Below, in pieces: positions 1-9,375 of a stretch of DNA of 64,000 nt. Source of the DNA: an uncultured Phycisphaerales bacterium. Its GTDB lineage: Bacteria; Planctomycetota; Phycisphaerae; Phycisphaerales; SM1A02. The DNA is taken from contig CALKEP010000002.1 in the NCBI GenBank assembly GCA_938084645.1, positions 32,001 to 96,000 on the forward strand, read 5' to 3'. The notes under the pieces are model-generated. The model ran no database searches. It worked only from the letters and a program-made list of their open reading frames with translations, and was not told where the DNA came from. Positions within the stretch are counted from its first letter, which is position 1. Each line of letters starts with the position of its first letter. The position numbers and the translations under genes are program-made.

Positions 1-5
1 TCGCG

Positions 6-875
6 ATGAACCGGCTCGACTGGATCGAAGGCACCGCCGAGGCGGCGATCCCCCGGCTCGAGGAAGGTGACGCGGTCCTGGTCGCCAAGGAGTTCCTGGT
101 GGCCCGCGACCTCGGCGTCGGCGACTCCATCGCCCTCGGTGCCGAAGGCGACGAGACCACGTTCGAGATCGTCGGCGTCGTGGGTGCCGCGGGTCTCGAC
201 ATGGCCACCGGCCTCTTCGGGATCCGAAGCGTCTACATGGAGCACGCCGTGAGCTGCGTGTTCATGGACTTCGACACCGTCGCGAACCGGTACGGCACCC
301 GTGAAGCGTTCATCATGCAGCTCGACCTCGATCTTCCCGCCGATGCGGAGGCCGCCGACGCGGCGGAGGAACGACTCGGCGACGTCCTGCGAGAACGCAT
401 CCCCGGCGCGATCTTCGCGAGCGGACGCGGTATCAAGGCCCTCGTCGAGGACATCGGGGCGCGGATCCTCAGCGTCACGGCGGCGATCGCGATGGCGGCC
501 TTGCTGCTCGCCTGCCTCGGCGTCGGGAACGTCGTCGCCGCCGGCATCACCGCCCGGGGGTTCGAGTTCGGAGTGATCCGCGCCGTGGGCGGCGCACCCG
601 AGGTCGCCCCGCGGCTGGTGCTCGCCGAGATCACCGCGACCGCGATCGCGGCGATCGTGGTCGGGGTCGGCCTGGGAATCCACCTCGCGTGGATGGGCGT
701 CGGTCTCTACCGGGATCTCGCCGGACTGCAACTGGGGCTCTCGATACCCGTCATCCCCACCATCGTCGGCGCCCTGTTCGTTCTGGCCGCCGCGCTCGTC
801 GCGGCCCTGCCGGCGAGTCTCGCCCTTCGAAGTCGATCGCCACGGGCGTTGCTCGCCGGTGGCCGCGGCGGATGA
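6..875 (+). CDS. ABC transporter permease, FtsX/MacB family (5'-truncated by window edge)
   Basis: Periplasmic segment followed by C-terminal TM helices with an FtsX-like motif (GVGNVVAAGITARGFEFGVIRAVGG). Confidence 0.8.
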   Translation: MNRLDWIEGTAEAAIPRLEEGDAVLVAKEFLVARDLGVGDSIALGAEGDETTFEIVGVVGAAGLDMATGLFGIRSVYMEHAVSCVFMDFDTVANRYGTREAFIMQLDLDLPADAEAADAAEERLGDVLRERIPGAIFASGRGIKALVEDIGARILSVTAAIAMAALLLACLGVGNVVAAGITARGFEFGVIRAVGGAPEVAPRLVLAEITATAIAAIVVGVGLGIHLAWMGVGLYRDLAGLQLGLSIPVIPTIVGALFVLAAALVAALPASLALRSRSPRALLAGGRGG

Positions 876-904
876 CGCGGCTGACGATGGTCTCCCGAAC
901 GGCC

Positions 905-910
905 TAGCAT
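905..910 (+). promoter_or_regulatory. -10 box (TAGCAT) 6 nt before the uvrB GTG; probable leaderless promoter
   Basis: TAGCAT-gtccgc-GTG with no SD; the same geometry recurs at many genes in the window. Confidence 0.55.
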
Positions 911-916
911 GTCCGC

Positions 917-3046
917 GTGTCCAGACCCTTCGAGTTGAAGAGCGAGTTCTCCCCCACCGGCGACCAGCCGGAGGCGATCGATCAACTCGTGGCCGGAATC
1001 CGGGAAGGACGACGCAAGCAGGTCCTGCTCGGCGCCACCGGCACCGGCAAGACCTTCACCATGGCCAACGTGATCGAACGCGTGGGCCGGCCCACGCTGG
1101 TCATCAGCCACAACAAGACGCTCGCAGCCCAGTTGTTCGAGGAACTCCGCGAACTCTTCCCGGAGAACGCGGTCTCGTACTTCGTCTCCTACTACGACTA
1201 CTACCAGCCCGAGGCGTACATCCCGGCCCGGGACATCTACATCGAGAAGGACGCCTCGCGAAACGACGATCTCGATCGGCTTCGACTCGCCGCGACCAGC
1301 AGCCTGCTCAGCCGGCGGGACGTGATCGTGGTCGCGAGCGTCTCGTGCCTCTACGGGCTGGGGTCGCCGGCGGAGTACGCCAAGAAGACGGTCATGATCG
1401 AGAAGGGACGGCCCATCGATCGCCGGAAGTTCCTTCTGGCCCTCGCCGACATGCAGTACGTCCGCAACGAAGTCGACCCGGTCCGGGGCCAGTACCGGGT
1501 CAAGGGCGACTGCATCGAGGTCTATCCGGCCTACGAGGAATTCGCGATCCGCATCGATCTCTGGGGAGACGAGGTGGAGTCGCTCCAGCTCTTCGATCCG
1601 CTCACCGGGGAGCAGCTGGCGGAGGAGCAGCGGGTGTTCGTCTTTCCCGCGGTCCACTACGTCATGCCCGAGGATCACAAGGCATCGGCGATCGCCTCGA
1701 TTCGGACCGAACTCGCGGAACGGGTCGAGGATCTCAAGGAGGAGGGCAAGCTGCTCGAGGCCCAGCGCCTCCTCGGGCGGACGCGCTACGACCTCGAGAT
1801 GATCGAGGAGGTCGGCTACTGCTCGGGGGTGGAGAACTACGCCCGGCACTTCGACGGCCGACTTCCCGGTGTCCGATCGTTCTGCCTGCTCGACTACTTC
1901 CGCCACGGATTCGCGGGTGAGACCAGCGGCGCGGGGGGCGACGATCCCGACGACTGGCTGGTGCTGATCGACGAGAGTCACGTCACCCTGCCCCAGGTCC
2001 GCGGCATGTACTTCGGCGACCGCGCCCGGAAGCAGACGCTCGTCGACCACGGCTTCCGACTCCCGAGCGCGATGGACAACCGTCCGCTCAAGTTCGAGGA
2101 GTTCGAGGAGCTCGCGCCGCAGACGGTCTACGTCTCCGCGACCCCGAGTCCCTATGAACTCGAGGAGGCGGAGGGACTCGTGGTCGAACAGGTGATCCGC
2201 CCCACCGGACTCGTCGATCCCCCCATCGAACTCCGACCCGCCCGCGGGCAGGTCCAGGATCTGCTGGAGCTCTGCCAGGAACGGGCGGGACGCGGGGAGC
2301 GGGTGCTCGTGACCGCGCTCACGAAGCGGCTGTGCGAGGAACTCACCGACTGGCTCGACCGCCAGGGCGTTCGGGTCCGCTACCTGCACTCCGAGATCGA
2401 CACCCTCGAACGACTCGAGATCCTCGCCGAGCTCCGGGAAGGGACGTTCGACGTGCTGGTCGGCGTCAACCTCCTGCGCGAAGGCCTCGATCTGCCCGAG
2501 GTCTCGCTGGTGTGCATCCTCGATGCGGACAAGCAGGGCTTCCTGCGATCGACCTCGAGCCTGATCCAGACCATGGGGCGGGCGGCTCGAAACGCGAACT
2601 CCCGGGCGATCATGTTCGCCGACAAGGTCACCCCGGAGATGCAGGCCGCGATCGACGAAGTCGAACGCCGACGCGCCAAGCAGCTCGAGCACAACGAGCT
2701 GCACGGCATCACCCCCACGACGATCCAGAAGGCCATTCGCCGGGGCATGGAGCGCGAGCTCGCGGCCGCGAAGACCGCTCGGAAGGCCATCGGCGAGGAC
2801 GTCAACGCCGAGACCTACGGTCGGGACGAGCTGGTGACGATGCTCGAAGAGTCCATGCTCGAGGCCGCCCGTGGTCTCGAGTTCGAGAAGGCCGCCGATC
2901 TTCGAGACCGGATCAACCGGCTCAAGGCCCTGCCCGAGGGCGGTGAACTGACCCTCGAGGAGGCCGGTGCCTCCCGAACCGCGGCGGGAAAGGCGGGATC
3001 GAACGCGGGGAAGAGTCGCGGCCGCAAGGGGCGTGGCCGGAAGTGA
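917..3046 (+). CDS. uvrB: Excinuclease ABC subunit B
   Basis: GDQPEAI, Walker A GATGTGKT, YYDYYQPEAY beta-hairpin, DESH, C-terminal UVR motif (LEFEKAADLRD). Confidence 0.98.
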   Translation: MSRPFELKSEFSPTGDQPEAIDQLVAGIREGRRKQVLLGATGTGKTFTMANVIERVGRPTLVISHNKTLAAQLFEELRELFPENAVSYFVSYYDYYQPEAYIPARDIYIEKDASRNDDLDRLRLAATSSLLSRRDVIVVASVSCLYGLGSPAEYAKKTVMIEKGRPIDRRKFLLALADMQYVRNEVDPVRGQYRVKGDCIEVYPAYEEFAIRIDLWGDEVESLQLFDPLTGEQLAEEQRVFVFPAVHYVMPEDHKASAIASIRTELAERVEDLKEEGKLLEAQRLLGRTRYDLEMIEEVGYCSGVENYARHFDGRLPGVRSFCLLDYFRHGFAGETSGAGGDDPDDWLVLIDESHVTLPQVRGMYFGDRARKQTLVDHGFRLPSAMDNRPLKFEEFEELAPQTVYVSATPSPYELEEAEGLVVEQVIRPTGLVDPPIELRPARGQVQDLLELCQERAGRGERVLVTALTKRLCEELTDWLDRQGVRVRYLHSEIDTLERLEILAELREGTFDVLVGVNLLREGLDLPEVSLVCILDADKQGFLRSTSSLIQTMGRAARNANSRAIMFADKVTPEMQAAIDEVERRRAKQLEHNELHGITPTTIQKAIRRGMERELAAAKTARKAIGEDVNAETYGRDELVTMLEESMLEAARGLEFEKAADLRDRINRLKALPEGGELTLEEAGASRTAAGKAGSNAGKSRGRKGRGRK

Positions 3047-3102
3047 CCCCTCGCGATCAGGCTTCGTCTTTGTGAAGGTGTCCCCCCGGTGCGGCATGGT
3101 CC

Positions 3103-3132
3103 AAAAACAGAAAACGCCGCGTCGTGCGGCAT
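3103..3132 (-). terminator. Rho-independent terminator on the minus strand
   Basis: Minus strand reads GATGCCGC-ACGAC-GCGGCGTT followed by TTCTGTTTTT. Confidence 0.7.
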
Positions 3133-3167
3133 CGGGTCAGGGTTCTGGGGGATGTCGTGGTGATCGG

Positions 3168-3332
3168 CTAGCGGGGGCTTCGGCTCTTCACCGTCGTGCC
3201 TCGAAGCCGCATCCCGCCGGATGCATTCTGAAGGACTCGACGGGAGTCGATGCGGATCCAGGCCTTCCCACCGGCGACCCGCGGCGTGGTCTTGGTGGTT
3301 CGTAGATTGGGATTCGTCACCACTCGGGGCAT
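3168..3332 (-). CDS. Putative small basic protein (54 aa), below ORF-track cutoff
   Basis: MPRVVTNPNLRTTKTTPRVAGGKAWIRIDSRRVLQNASGGMRLRGTTVKSRSPR; GGAG about 9 nt upstream; followed by the minus-strand terminator. Confidence 0.4.
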   Translation of the reverse strand: MPRVVTNPNLRTTKTTPRVAGGKAWIRIDSRRVLQNASGGMRLRGTTVKSRSPR

Positions 3333-3547
3333 GAATCGATCTCCGGATCGCCGGGGCCCCCACGGGGGCGTGGCGTGTTGCTTCTACTATTCGTCAAATT
3401 CTCCGACTTGTGCCCGTCGTTTTGGGAATTTCTCCAATCTTCCGGGGTCGCCACGTCGGGTACCGGATCGGAATCGAAGACGCGTCAGGTTTCCGGACCG
3501 CTTCGAAGCACGGAGCCGACTGCTTCCTCTCTTACACTTGGTGTCCC

Positions 3548-6500
3548 ATGACCTCCTCGCCCACCTCCGCCGCCCATTCGATCCAGATCCGGGGCGCTCG
3601 GGAGCACAATCTCAAAGACCTCGACCTCCGTATTCCCCGAGACCGCCTCGTGGTGATGACCGGGGTCTCGGGTTCGGGCAAGAGTTCCCTCGCCTTCGAC
3701 ACCATCTTCGCGGAGGGACAGCGGAAGTACATGGAGTCCCTGTCCGCGTATGCGAGGCAGTTCCTCGATCAGATGCGAAAGCCGGATCTGGAGTCGATCG
3801 ACGGACTCCCCCCCACCATCGCGATCGAGCAGCGTGGCGGCGGTCACACGCCACGATCCACCGTGGCCACCACCACCGAGATCTACGACTACCTCAGACT
3901 TCTCTATGCCCGAGCGGGGCGGCCGACGTGCTGGCACGAGGATGATGGCGGCGGGATCTGCGGAAATCCGATCACGGCGACCAACCCGAGCCAGATCGTC
4001 GAACTGCTGCTCGAGAGATGGTCCGGGGCGCGGGCGATGATCTGCGGCCCGGTGGTCCGGGGCCGGAAGGGATACCACCGCGAGATCGCGGAAGGGCTCC
4101 AACGCCAGGGCTTCGTTCGAGCCCGGGTCAACGGTGAGATCCGGGATCTGCGGGAGGTCCTCAAGGAGGAGGGCGAGAATCCGCTCGAACTGGCCCGCTA
4201 CGAGATGCATGACATCGAGGCGGTGGTCGACCGCGTCAAGCTCGACGTCGAGGGCCGCCAACGCCTCGCGGAGAGCGTCGAGGCCGCATTCAAGATCGGC
4301 ACCGGCTCCCTCCTCGTGCTGGTGGAGGAGGACGGCGCCTGGACGGAGCATCGATTCAGCGAACACTTCGCCTGCCCCGACCATCCCGAGTGTTCGATCG
4401 AGGAACTCGCTCCCCGGCTCTTCTCGTTCAACTCCCCCCACGGGGCGTGCAAGGCCTGCGCGGGCCTGGGAACCGTCAACGAGTTCGACGAGTCGCTGGT
4501 GGTGCCGGATCCGACCCGATCCCTCAAGGAAGGCGCGATCGAACCGTGGCGGAAGAACGGCCGCCGCATGAACATCTACTACGGTCGCCTCCTTCGGAAG
4601 TTCATGGAGGCGTTCGACGTCGATCCGAAGGCACCGGTCTCGAAGATGCCCGCCGCGACCATGCGATTCCTCCTGCACGGCGTGCCCGAGGAACTGGTCG
4701 CCGAAACCGGCCTCAAGTTCGAAGGCGTCCTGCCGAACCTCCGTCGCCGCTACGAGACCAGCGACAGCCAGTTCGTGCGGGAACGCATGCACGGCTACAT
4801 GACGGCGTCGAAGTGCGGGGAATGCGGCGGGTCAAGACTGCAGCCGGCCGCCCGGGCGGTGAAGATCGACGGTGCCCGCGAGACCCTCGACATCTCCGAA
4901 GTGACGCACCTCACGATCGAACGGGCCGTGGAGTTCTTCGAAGACCTCGTGCTCGGAGTCGAAGGCGAGGCGATCGCGAAACCGATCCTCCGCGAGGTTC
5001 GTTCCCGCCTCGGCTTCCTTCGCTCGGTCGGGCTGGACTACCTGACCCTCGACCGATCCAGCGGGACGCTTTCCGGTGGCGAGGCCCAGCGGATCCGGCT
5101 CGCGACCCAGGTCGGCTCGGGACTGGTCGGCGTCTGCTACGTCCTCGACGAACCCACCATCGGTCTGCACCAGCGGGACAACGACCGGCTGATCGCGACC
5201 CTTCGGCACCTGACGGACATCGGCAACACCGTGCTGGTGGTCGAGCACGACGAAGACGTCATCCGACACGCCGACCACGTGGTCGACATCGGCCCCGGCC
5301 CCGGGCTGCACGGTGGACGGGTGGTCGCCCAGGGCACTCCTGCGGAGCTCGAGGCGTCGGAGGACTCGCTGACCGGCGCCTACCTGTCGGGACGACGCCG
5401 GATCGAGATCCCCGAGGCGCGGCGATCGCTCGATGTCCGGAACTCGGTCGTCGTGAAGGGCGCCGCCGCGAACAACCTCAAGAGCGTCGACGCCACCTTC
5501 CCGCTGGGGGGGATCGTCTGCGTCACCGGCGTGTCCGGGAGCGGCAAGAGTTCCCTCGTCAACGAAGTCCTGCTCAAGGCCGCGATGCGGACCGTCACCG
5601 GCACCAAGGTCGTCCCGGGTCCGCACACGCGGATCAACGGACTCCAGCGGATCGACCGCGTGGTCGACGTCGATCAGTCGCCGATCGGAAGAACCCCTCG
5701 ATCCAATCCCGCGACCTACACCGGGATCTTCGATCAGATCAGGAAACTGTTCTGCATGACCAACGAGGCGAAGATTCGCGGCTACCAGCCCGGGCGCTTC
5801 AGCTTCAACGTCAAGGGCGGTCGATGCGAGGAATGCCAGGGCCAGGGCGTGCGTCGGATCGAGATGCACTTCCTTCCCGACGTCTTCGTGGAGTGCGAGG
5901 CATGCCGGGGGCGGCGATACAACCGGGAGACCCTCGAAGTCCGTTATCGAGGAAAGAACATCGCCGACGTGCTCGATCTGACCGTGGAGGATGCCGTGGA
6001 GTTCTTCGAGGCGCACCCTCGGATCCACCGGATGCTCACCTGCATCCGCGACGTCGGTCTCGACTACATGAAGCTCGGGCAGGCGAGCACCACGCTCTCC
6101 GGCGGCGAGGCCCAGCGGGTGAAGCTGGCGAGTGAACTCGGCAGCCGGCCCACCGGGCACACGCTCTACATCCTCGATGAACCCACCACGGGCCTGCACT
6201 TCGACGATGTCCGAAAGCTGCTCGACGTGCTCCAGCGACTCGCCGACGCCGGGAACACCCTCGTGGTCATCGAGCACAACCTCGAAGTCATCAAGTGCGC
6301 CGATCTGATCCTCGATCTCGGACCGGAGGGCGGCGATCGCGGCGGAGAGGTGGTGGCCACGGGCACCCCCGAAGAGCTCGCGACGATGGACCACAGTCAC
6401 ACCGGAAGGTGGCTGCGGACCGTGCTTCCGGAATTCGAACACGAGCGCGTCGCCATCCGCAAGGCTGAAGCCGACCGCCCCGCCGCCCCGAGCGGCGGCC

Positions 6501-6709
6501 GGAAGAAGAATCCCACCGCCTCGAGTGCGGTCGGAAAGACGAAGAAGGCGGGAAGCCGCAAGAAGCCCTCGACGAAGAAGGTGAACGCCGCGAAGGCCGC
6601 GACGAAGAAGAAGAGCACCGCCGGAACCGCGACGAAGAAGAAGACCACGAAGAAGAAGGCGACGACCAAGAAGAGGACGAAGTCGGCGCGGAAGCCCGCG
6701 ACCCGGTGA
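3548..6709 (+). CDS. uvrA: Excinuclease ABC subunit A with Lys-rich C-terminal tail
   Basis: [10 protein letters not shown], two GVSGSGKSS Walker A motifs, two LSGGEAQR signatures, Zn fingers; start set at ATG 3548 after TACACT. Confidence 0.98.
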   Translation: MTSSPTSAAHSIQIRGAREHNLKDLDLRIPRDRLVVMTGVSGSGKSSLAFDTIFAEGQRKYMESLSAYARQFLDQMRKPDLESIDGLPPTIAIEQRGGGHTPRSTVATTTEIYDYLRLLYARAGRPTCWHEDDGGGICGNPITATNPSQIVELLLERWSGARAMICGPVVRGRKGYHREIAEGLQRQGFVRARVNGEIRDLREVLKEEGENPLELARYEMHDIEAVVDRVKLDVEGRQRLAESVEAAFKIGTGSLLVLVEEDGAWTEHRFSEHFACPDHPECSIEELAPRLFSFNSPHGACKACAGLGTVNEFDESLVVPDPTRSLKEGAIEPWRKNGRRMNIYYGRLLRKFMEAFDVDPKAPVSKMPAATMRFLLHGVPEELVAETGLKFEGVLPNLRRRYETSDSQFVRERMHGYMTASKCGECGGSRLQPAARAVKIDGARETLDISEVTHLTIERAVEFFEDLVLGVEGEAIAKPILREVRSRLGFLRSVGLDYLTLDRSSGTLSGGEAQRIRLATQVGSGLVGVCYVLDEPTIGLHQRDNDRLIATLRHLTDIGNTVLVVEHDEDVIRHADHVVDIGPGPGLHGGRVVAQGTPAELEASEDSLTGAYLSGRRRIEIPEARRSLDVRNSVVVKGAAANNLKSVDATFPLGGIVCVTGVSGSGKSSLVNEVLLKAAMRTVTGTKVVPGPHTRINGLQRIDRVVDVDQSPIGRTPRSNPATYTGIFDQIRKLFCMTNEAKIRGYQPGRFSFNVKGGRCEECQGQGVRRIEMHFLPDVFVECEACRGRRYNRETLEVRYRGKNIADVLDLTVEDAVEFFEAHPRIHRMLTCIRDVGLDYMKLGQASTTLSGGEAQRVKLASELGSRPTGHTLYILDEPTTGLHFDDVRKLLDVLQRLADAGNTLVVIEHNLEVIKCADLILDLGPEGGDRGGEVVATGTPEELATMDHSHTGRWLRTVLPEFEHERVAIRKAEADRPAAPSGGRKKNPTASSAVGKTKKAGSRKKPSTKKVNAAKAATKKKSTAGTATKKKTTKKKATTKKRTKSARKPATR

Positions 6710-8304
6710 AGTACGCCACGACCATCGCGGTGGCGATCGTCGCGGGCATCGCCGTCGCGCTCGTCGTACGGTCGGAACTGGCCACCCGGGCCCGGGAATC
6801 GGCCCTCCTCGACGCGATCACCGCCGAGGACCCGGACCTTCGAAGATCCGGCTGGGCGGCGATTCCCGAAGAAAGCGACATCGAGCGACGCACCGGAATC
6901 GTCGAACGGATGCGGACCGCCGGGCCCGGCGCCCAGGCCGATGCGGGCCGCGCGTTCCTCGATCGAGGGTGGCGTCCCGACCTCGAAACGGATCGAATCG
7001 AACTCGCGACCGCGGCCGCCCGAGCCGGTGATTCCGCCCCCTTGCTCGTCTGGTTCGATGCCGCGTGGACCTCGGACCCCGGTGCGCTGGAACGATGGTC
7101 CGACGGACTGGCGACGGTGCTCGACGACGCCGGTTCGACGCCGTGGAGTGTCTCGGATCGGTTCCTCGATCGGCTGTTCGAATCACCCACGGACGGACGA
7201 CTCGAGGCGATCGAGCGATGGCGATGGGATCGGAACGCGACGAGATCCACCCGGGTCGACGCGGCCCTCGATCTGACGCTCGGCCTCCACGGCAGAACCC
7301 CACGTACCGTCACCGACGACGCCACCGCGATGCAGGCCGTGCTCGCCCGGAACCTCGACGACGATCCAGCCGGCGACGAGTCGCTCGCCCTCGTCCCGGC
7401 CTGGCTGCTCGCGACCCGGGCGGATCGACGCAGCCGCACGACGCTCGAATCGCGGTCCGCCGCGGGCGACGACGCGGCCCGACTCGCCCTCGCCCTCCAG
7501 GACCCGGAGGCGGTTCGGCGCGTGAACCGGGCGGTCCTCCTCGACGAGGACGAACTCATCGATCGACGACTGATCGCCGCGGGACGACTCGCCTCGCTCG
7601 GCCCGCTCGACGCACGCGACGAAGCGACGATCCGGTCGCTCCTCGAGACGAACCCCGCCGACACGAGGGGGACGGTCCACGCCGCCGCCATGATCGCGCA
7701 TCGCTCGTTCGACGAGGCGACCCGAGCCGATCTTCGACGCCGTTGGTCGACGTCCGAGGCGGCGGCGCCACGTCGCGCCGCGATCCTTCTCGCCGCGCTC
7801 GAGGTGACCACCGGTGACCTCGACCCCGGTTCGGAAGCGATCGCGACCGTCCGGTCCGCCGCCGAGGATCCGGCGGTGGAACCCGCAGTCCGCAGGATCG
7901 CTCGACTCGGCCTCCGAGCGATGGACGCCTGGTCCGTCGACGAGCTGGATCCCGCGGACTACGCGGCCCGGACCGCCCACCTCCCCGACGGCGGGCTCGA
8001 TCCCGATGCGGTGATGCTGGGAATCCTCGCGGCCGACGCGGACGTGCTCCGACGCCTCACCACCCCGCCCGACCTTCCCGACGGACCGCTCGACGAGTCG
8101 ACGACCCGGGCCTGGGCGGCCGAGATCGCCTGGCGGGTCAACCTGGTTCGCGGCCTCCGACCCGAATGGTGGAGAACCGCGGGCGAACCCGTCCCGGACT
8201 CGATCCGGAGCCTCCGACGCTGGATCGACCTTCTCGACGCCTGCCGACGGTACGACCTTGGATTTGCGACCACCGACCGCCCCGGGGAGGATGAACGTCC
8301 ATGA
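6706..8304 (+). CDS. Hypothetical membrane-anchored, helical (HEAT-like) protein
   Basis: N-terminal hydrophobic anchor; GTGA overlap with uvrA and ATGA overlap with the next gene. Confidence 0.65.
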   Translation: MKYATTIAVAIVAGIAVALVVRSELATRARESALLDAITAEDPDLRRSGWAAIPEESDIERRTGIVERMRTAGPGAQADAGRAFLDRGWRPDLETDRIELATAAARAGDSAPLLVWFDAAWTSDPGALERWSDGLATVLDDAGSTPWSVSDRFLDRLFESPTDGRLEAIERWRWDRNATRSTRVDAALDLTLGLHGRTPRTVTDDATAMQAVLARNLDDDPAGDESLALVPAWLLATRADRRSRTTLESRSAAGDDAARLALALQDPEAVRRVNRAVLLDEDELIDRRLIAAGRLASLGPLDARDEATIRSLLETNPADTRGTVHAAAMIAHRSFDEATRADLRRRWSTSEAAAPRRAAILLAALEVTTGDLDPGSEAIATVRSAAEDPAVEPAVRRIARLGLRAMDAWSVDELDPADYAARTAHLPDGGLDPDAVMLGILAADADVLRRLTTPPDLPDGPLDESTTRAWAAEIAWRVNLVRGLRPEWWRTAGEPVPDSIRSLRRWIDLLDACRRYDLGFATTDRPGEDERP

Positions 8305-8708
8305 CCCGAGACGACCCGAATCGATTCCGAACCTCGCTCCGTTCGCTGATGATGCCTGCGGACACCAACCATCAGGGCACGGTGTTCGGCGGGGTCATCC
8401 TGAGCAGCATCGACCAGGCGGGCTACCTCGAGGCGCGTCGCCACGGGATGCACCGATGGGTGACCGCCTCGATGGACCGCGTGCAGTTTCTCGCGCCGGT
8501 CTTCACCGGCGACGTCGTCTCCTTCGGAACCCGGACCGTCGAGACCGGCACCTCCTCGGTGACCGTCGAAGTCCTCGTGGAGGCGGAGCGATACGCGACC
8601 GGCGATCTCGTGAAGGTCACCGAAGCGCGGCTGACGATGGTCTCGGTCAATGCCGCCGGCCGCGCGATTCCCTTCGATGCACCACCGTCGCAGGGGGATC
8701 CCTCGTGA
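8301..8708 (+). CDS. Acyl-CoA thioesterase (hotdog fold, YciA-like)
   Basis: MMPADTNHQGTVFGGVILSSID motif. Confidence 0.92.
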   Translation: MTRDDPNRFRTSLRSLMMPADTNHQGTVFGGVILSSIDQAGYLEARRHGMHRWVTASMDRVQFLAPVFTGDVVSFGTRTVETGTSSVTVEVLVEAERYATGDLVKVTEARLTMVSVNAAGRAIPFDAPPSQGDPS

Positions 8709-9346
8709 CCGAAGCCCCGCGGCTTCGACTGGGCTGCCTGATCTCCGGCGGCGGACGGACCGTGCTGAATCTGCAGACCGCGATCGAACGCGATGCGATT
8801 CCCGCGGAGATCACGACGGTGATCGCCCATCGCGAGGAGCTCGCCGGCGTGGAACGCTGCCGTGCCGCAGGGCTCGCGGTGGAGATCGTGACCGACGGCG
8901 GGCCGGAGGCCGTCGACGAGGTTCTGCATGCGGCTCGAGTCGATCTCGTCTGCCTCTGCGGCTATCTCCGTCACTTCGCGGTCGAACCGCGCTGGAAGGA
9001 CCGGGTCGTCAACATCCACCCCTCGCTCCTGCCGAACCACGGTGGTCGCGGAATGTACGGCGACCGCGTGCATGCCGCGGTCCTGGCCGCGGGCGACGTC
9101 GAGACGGGCTGCACCGTCCATGCGGTCGACGAGATCTACGATCACGGCGCGGTCATTCTCCAGCGACGATGCCCCGTCCACCCCGATGACACGACCTCGA
9201 CGCTGGCCGCCCGGGTGTTCGAGGCCGAATGCGTCGCGATGCCCACCGCGATCCGGGATCTCGCGGAAGGTCGGATCCGGATCGAACGGGGGCGGGTGAT
9301 CACGACGACGACGCCTGCCCCCGATTCCGCCCGAACCCCGCGGTGA
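8705..9346 (+). CDS. purN: Phosphoribosylglycinamide formyltransferase
   Basis: LISGGGRT, VNIHPSLLP, GCTVH, YDHG; GTG start overlaps the upstream stop. Confidence 0.95.
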   Translation: MTEAPRLRLGCLISGGGRTVLNLQTAIERDAIPAEITTVIAHREELAGVERCRAAGLAVEIVTDGGPEAVDEVLHAARVDLVCLCGYLRHFAVEPRWKDRVVNIHPSLLPNHGGRGMYGDRVHAAVLAAGDVETGCTVHAVDEIYDHGAVILQRRCPVHPDDTTSTLAARVFEAECVAMPTAIRDLAEGRIRIERGRVITTTTPAPDSARTPR

Positions 9347-9375
9347 TCCTGCATCCGGCTGCTAGCATCGACTCG

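Noticed and set aside
3047..3547. SRP RNA, tmRNA, tRNA or a LexA box in the uvrB-uvrA gap
   Set aside because: No SRP helix-8 motif, tRNA-like ends or known SOS box recognised by eye
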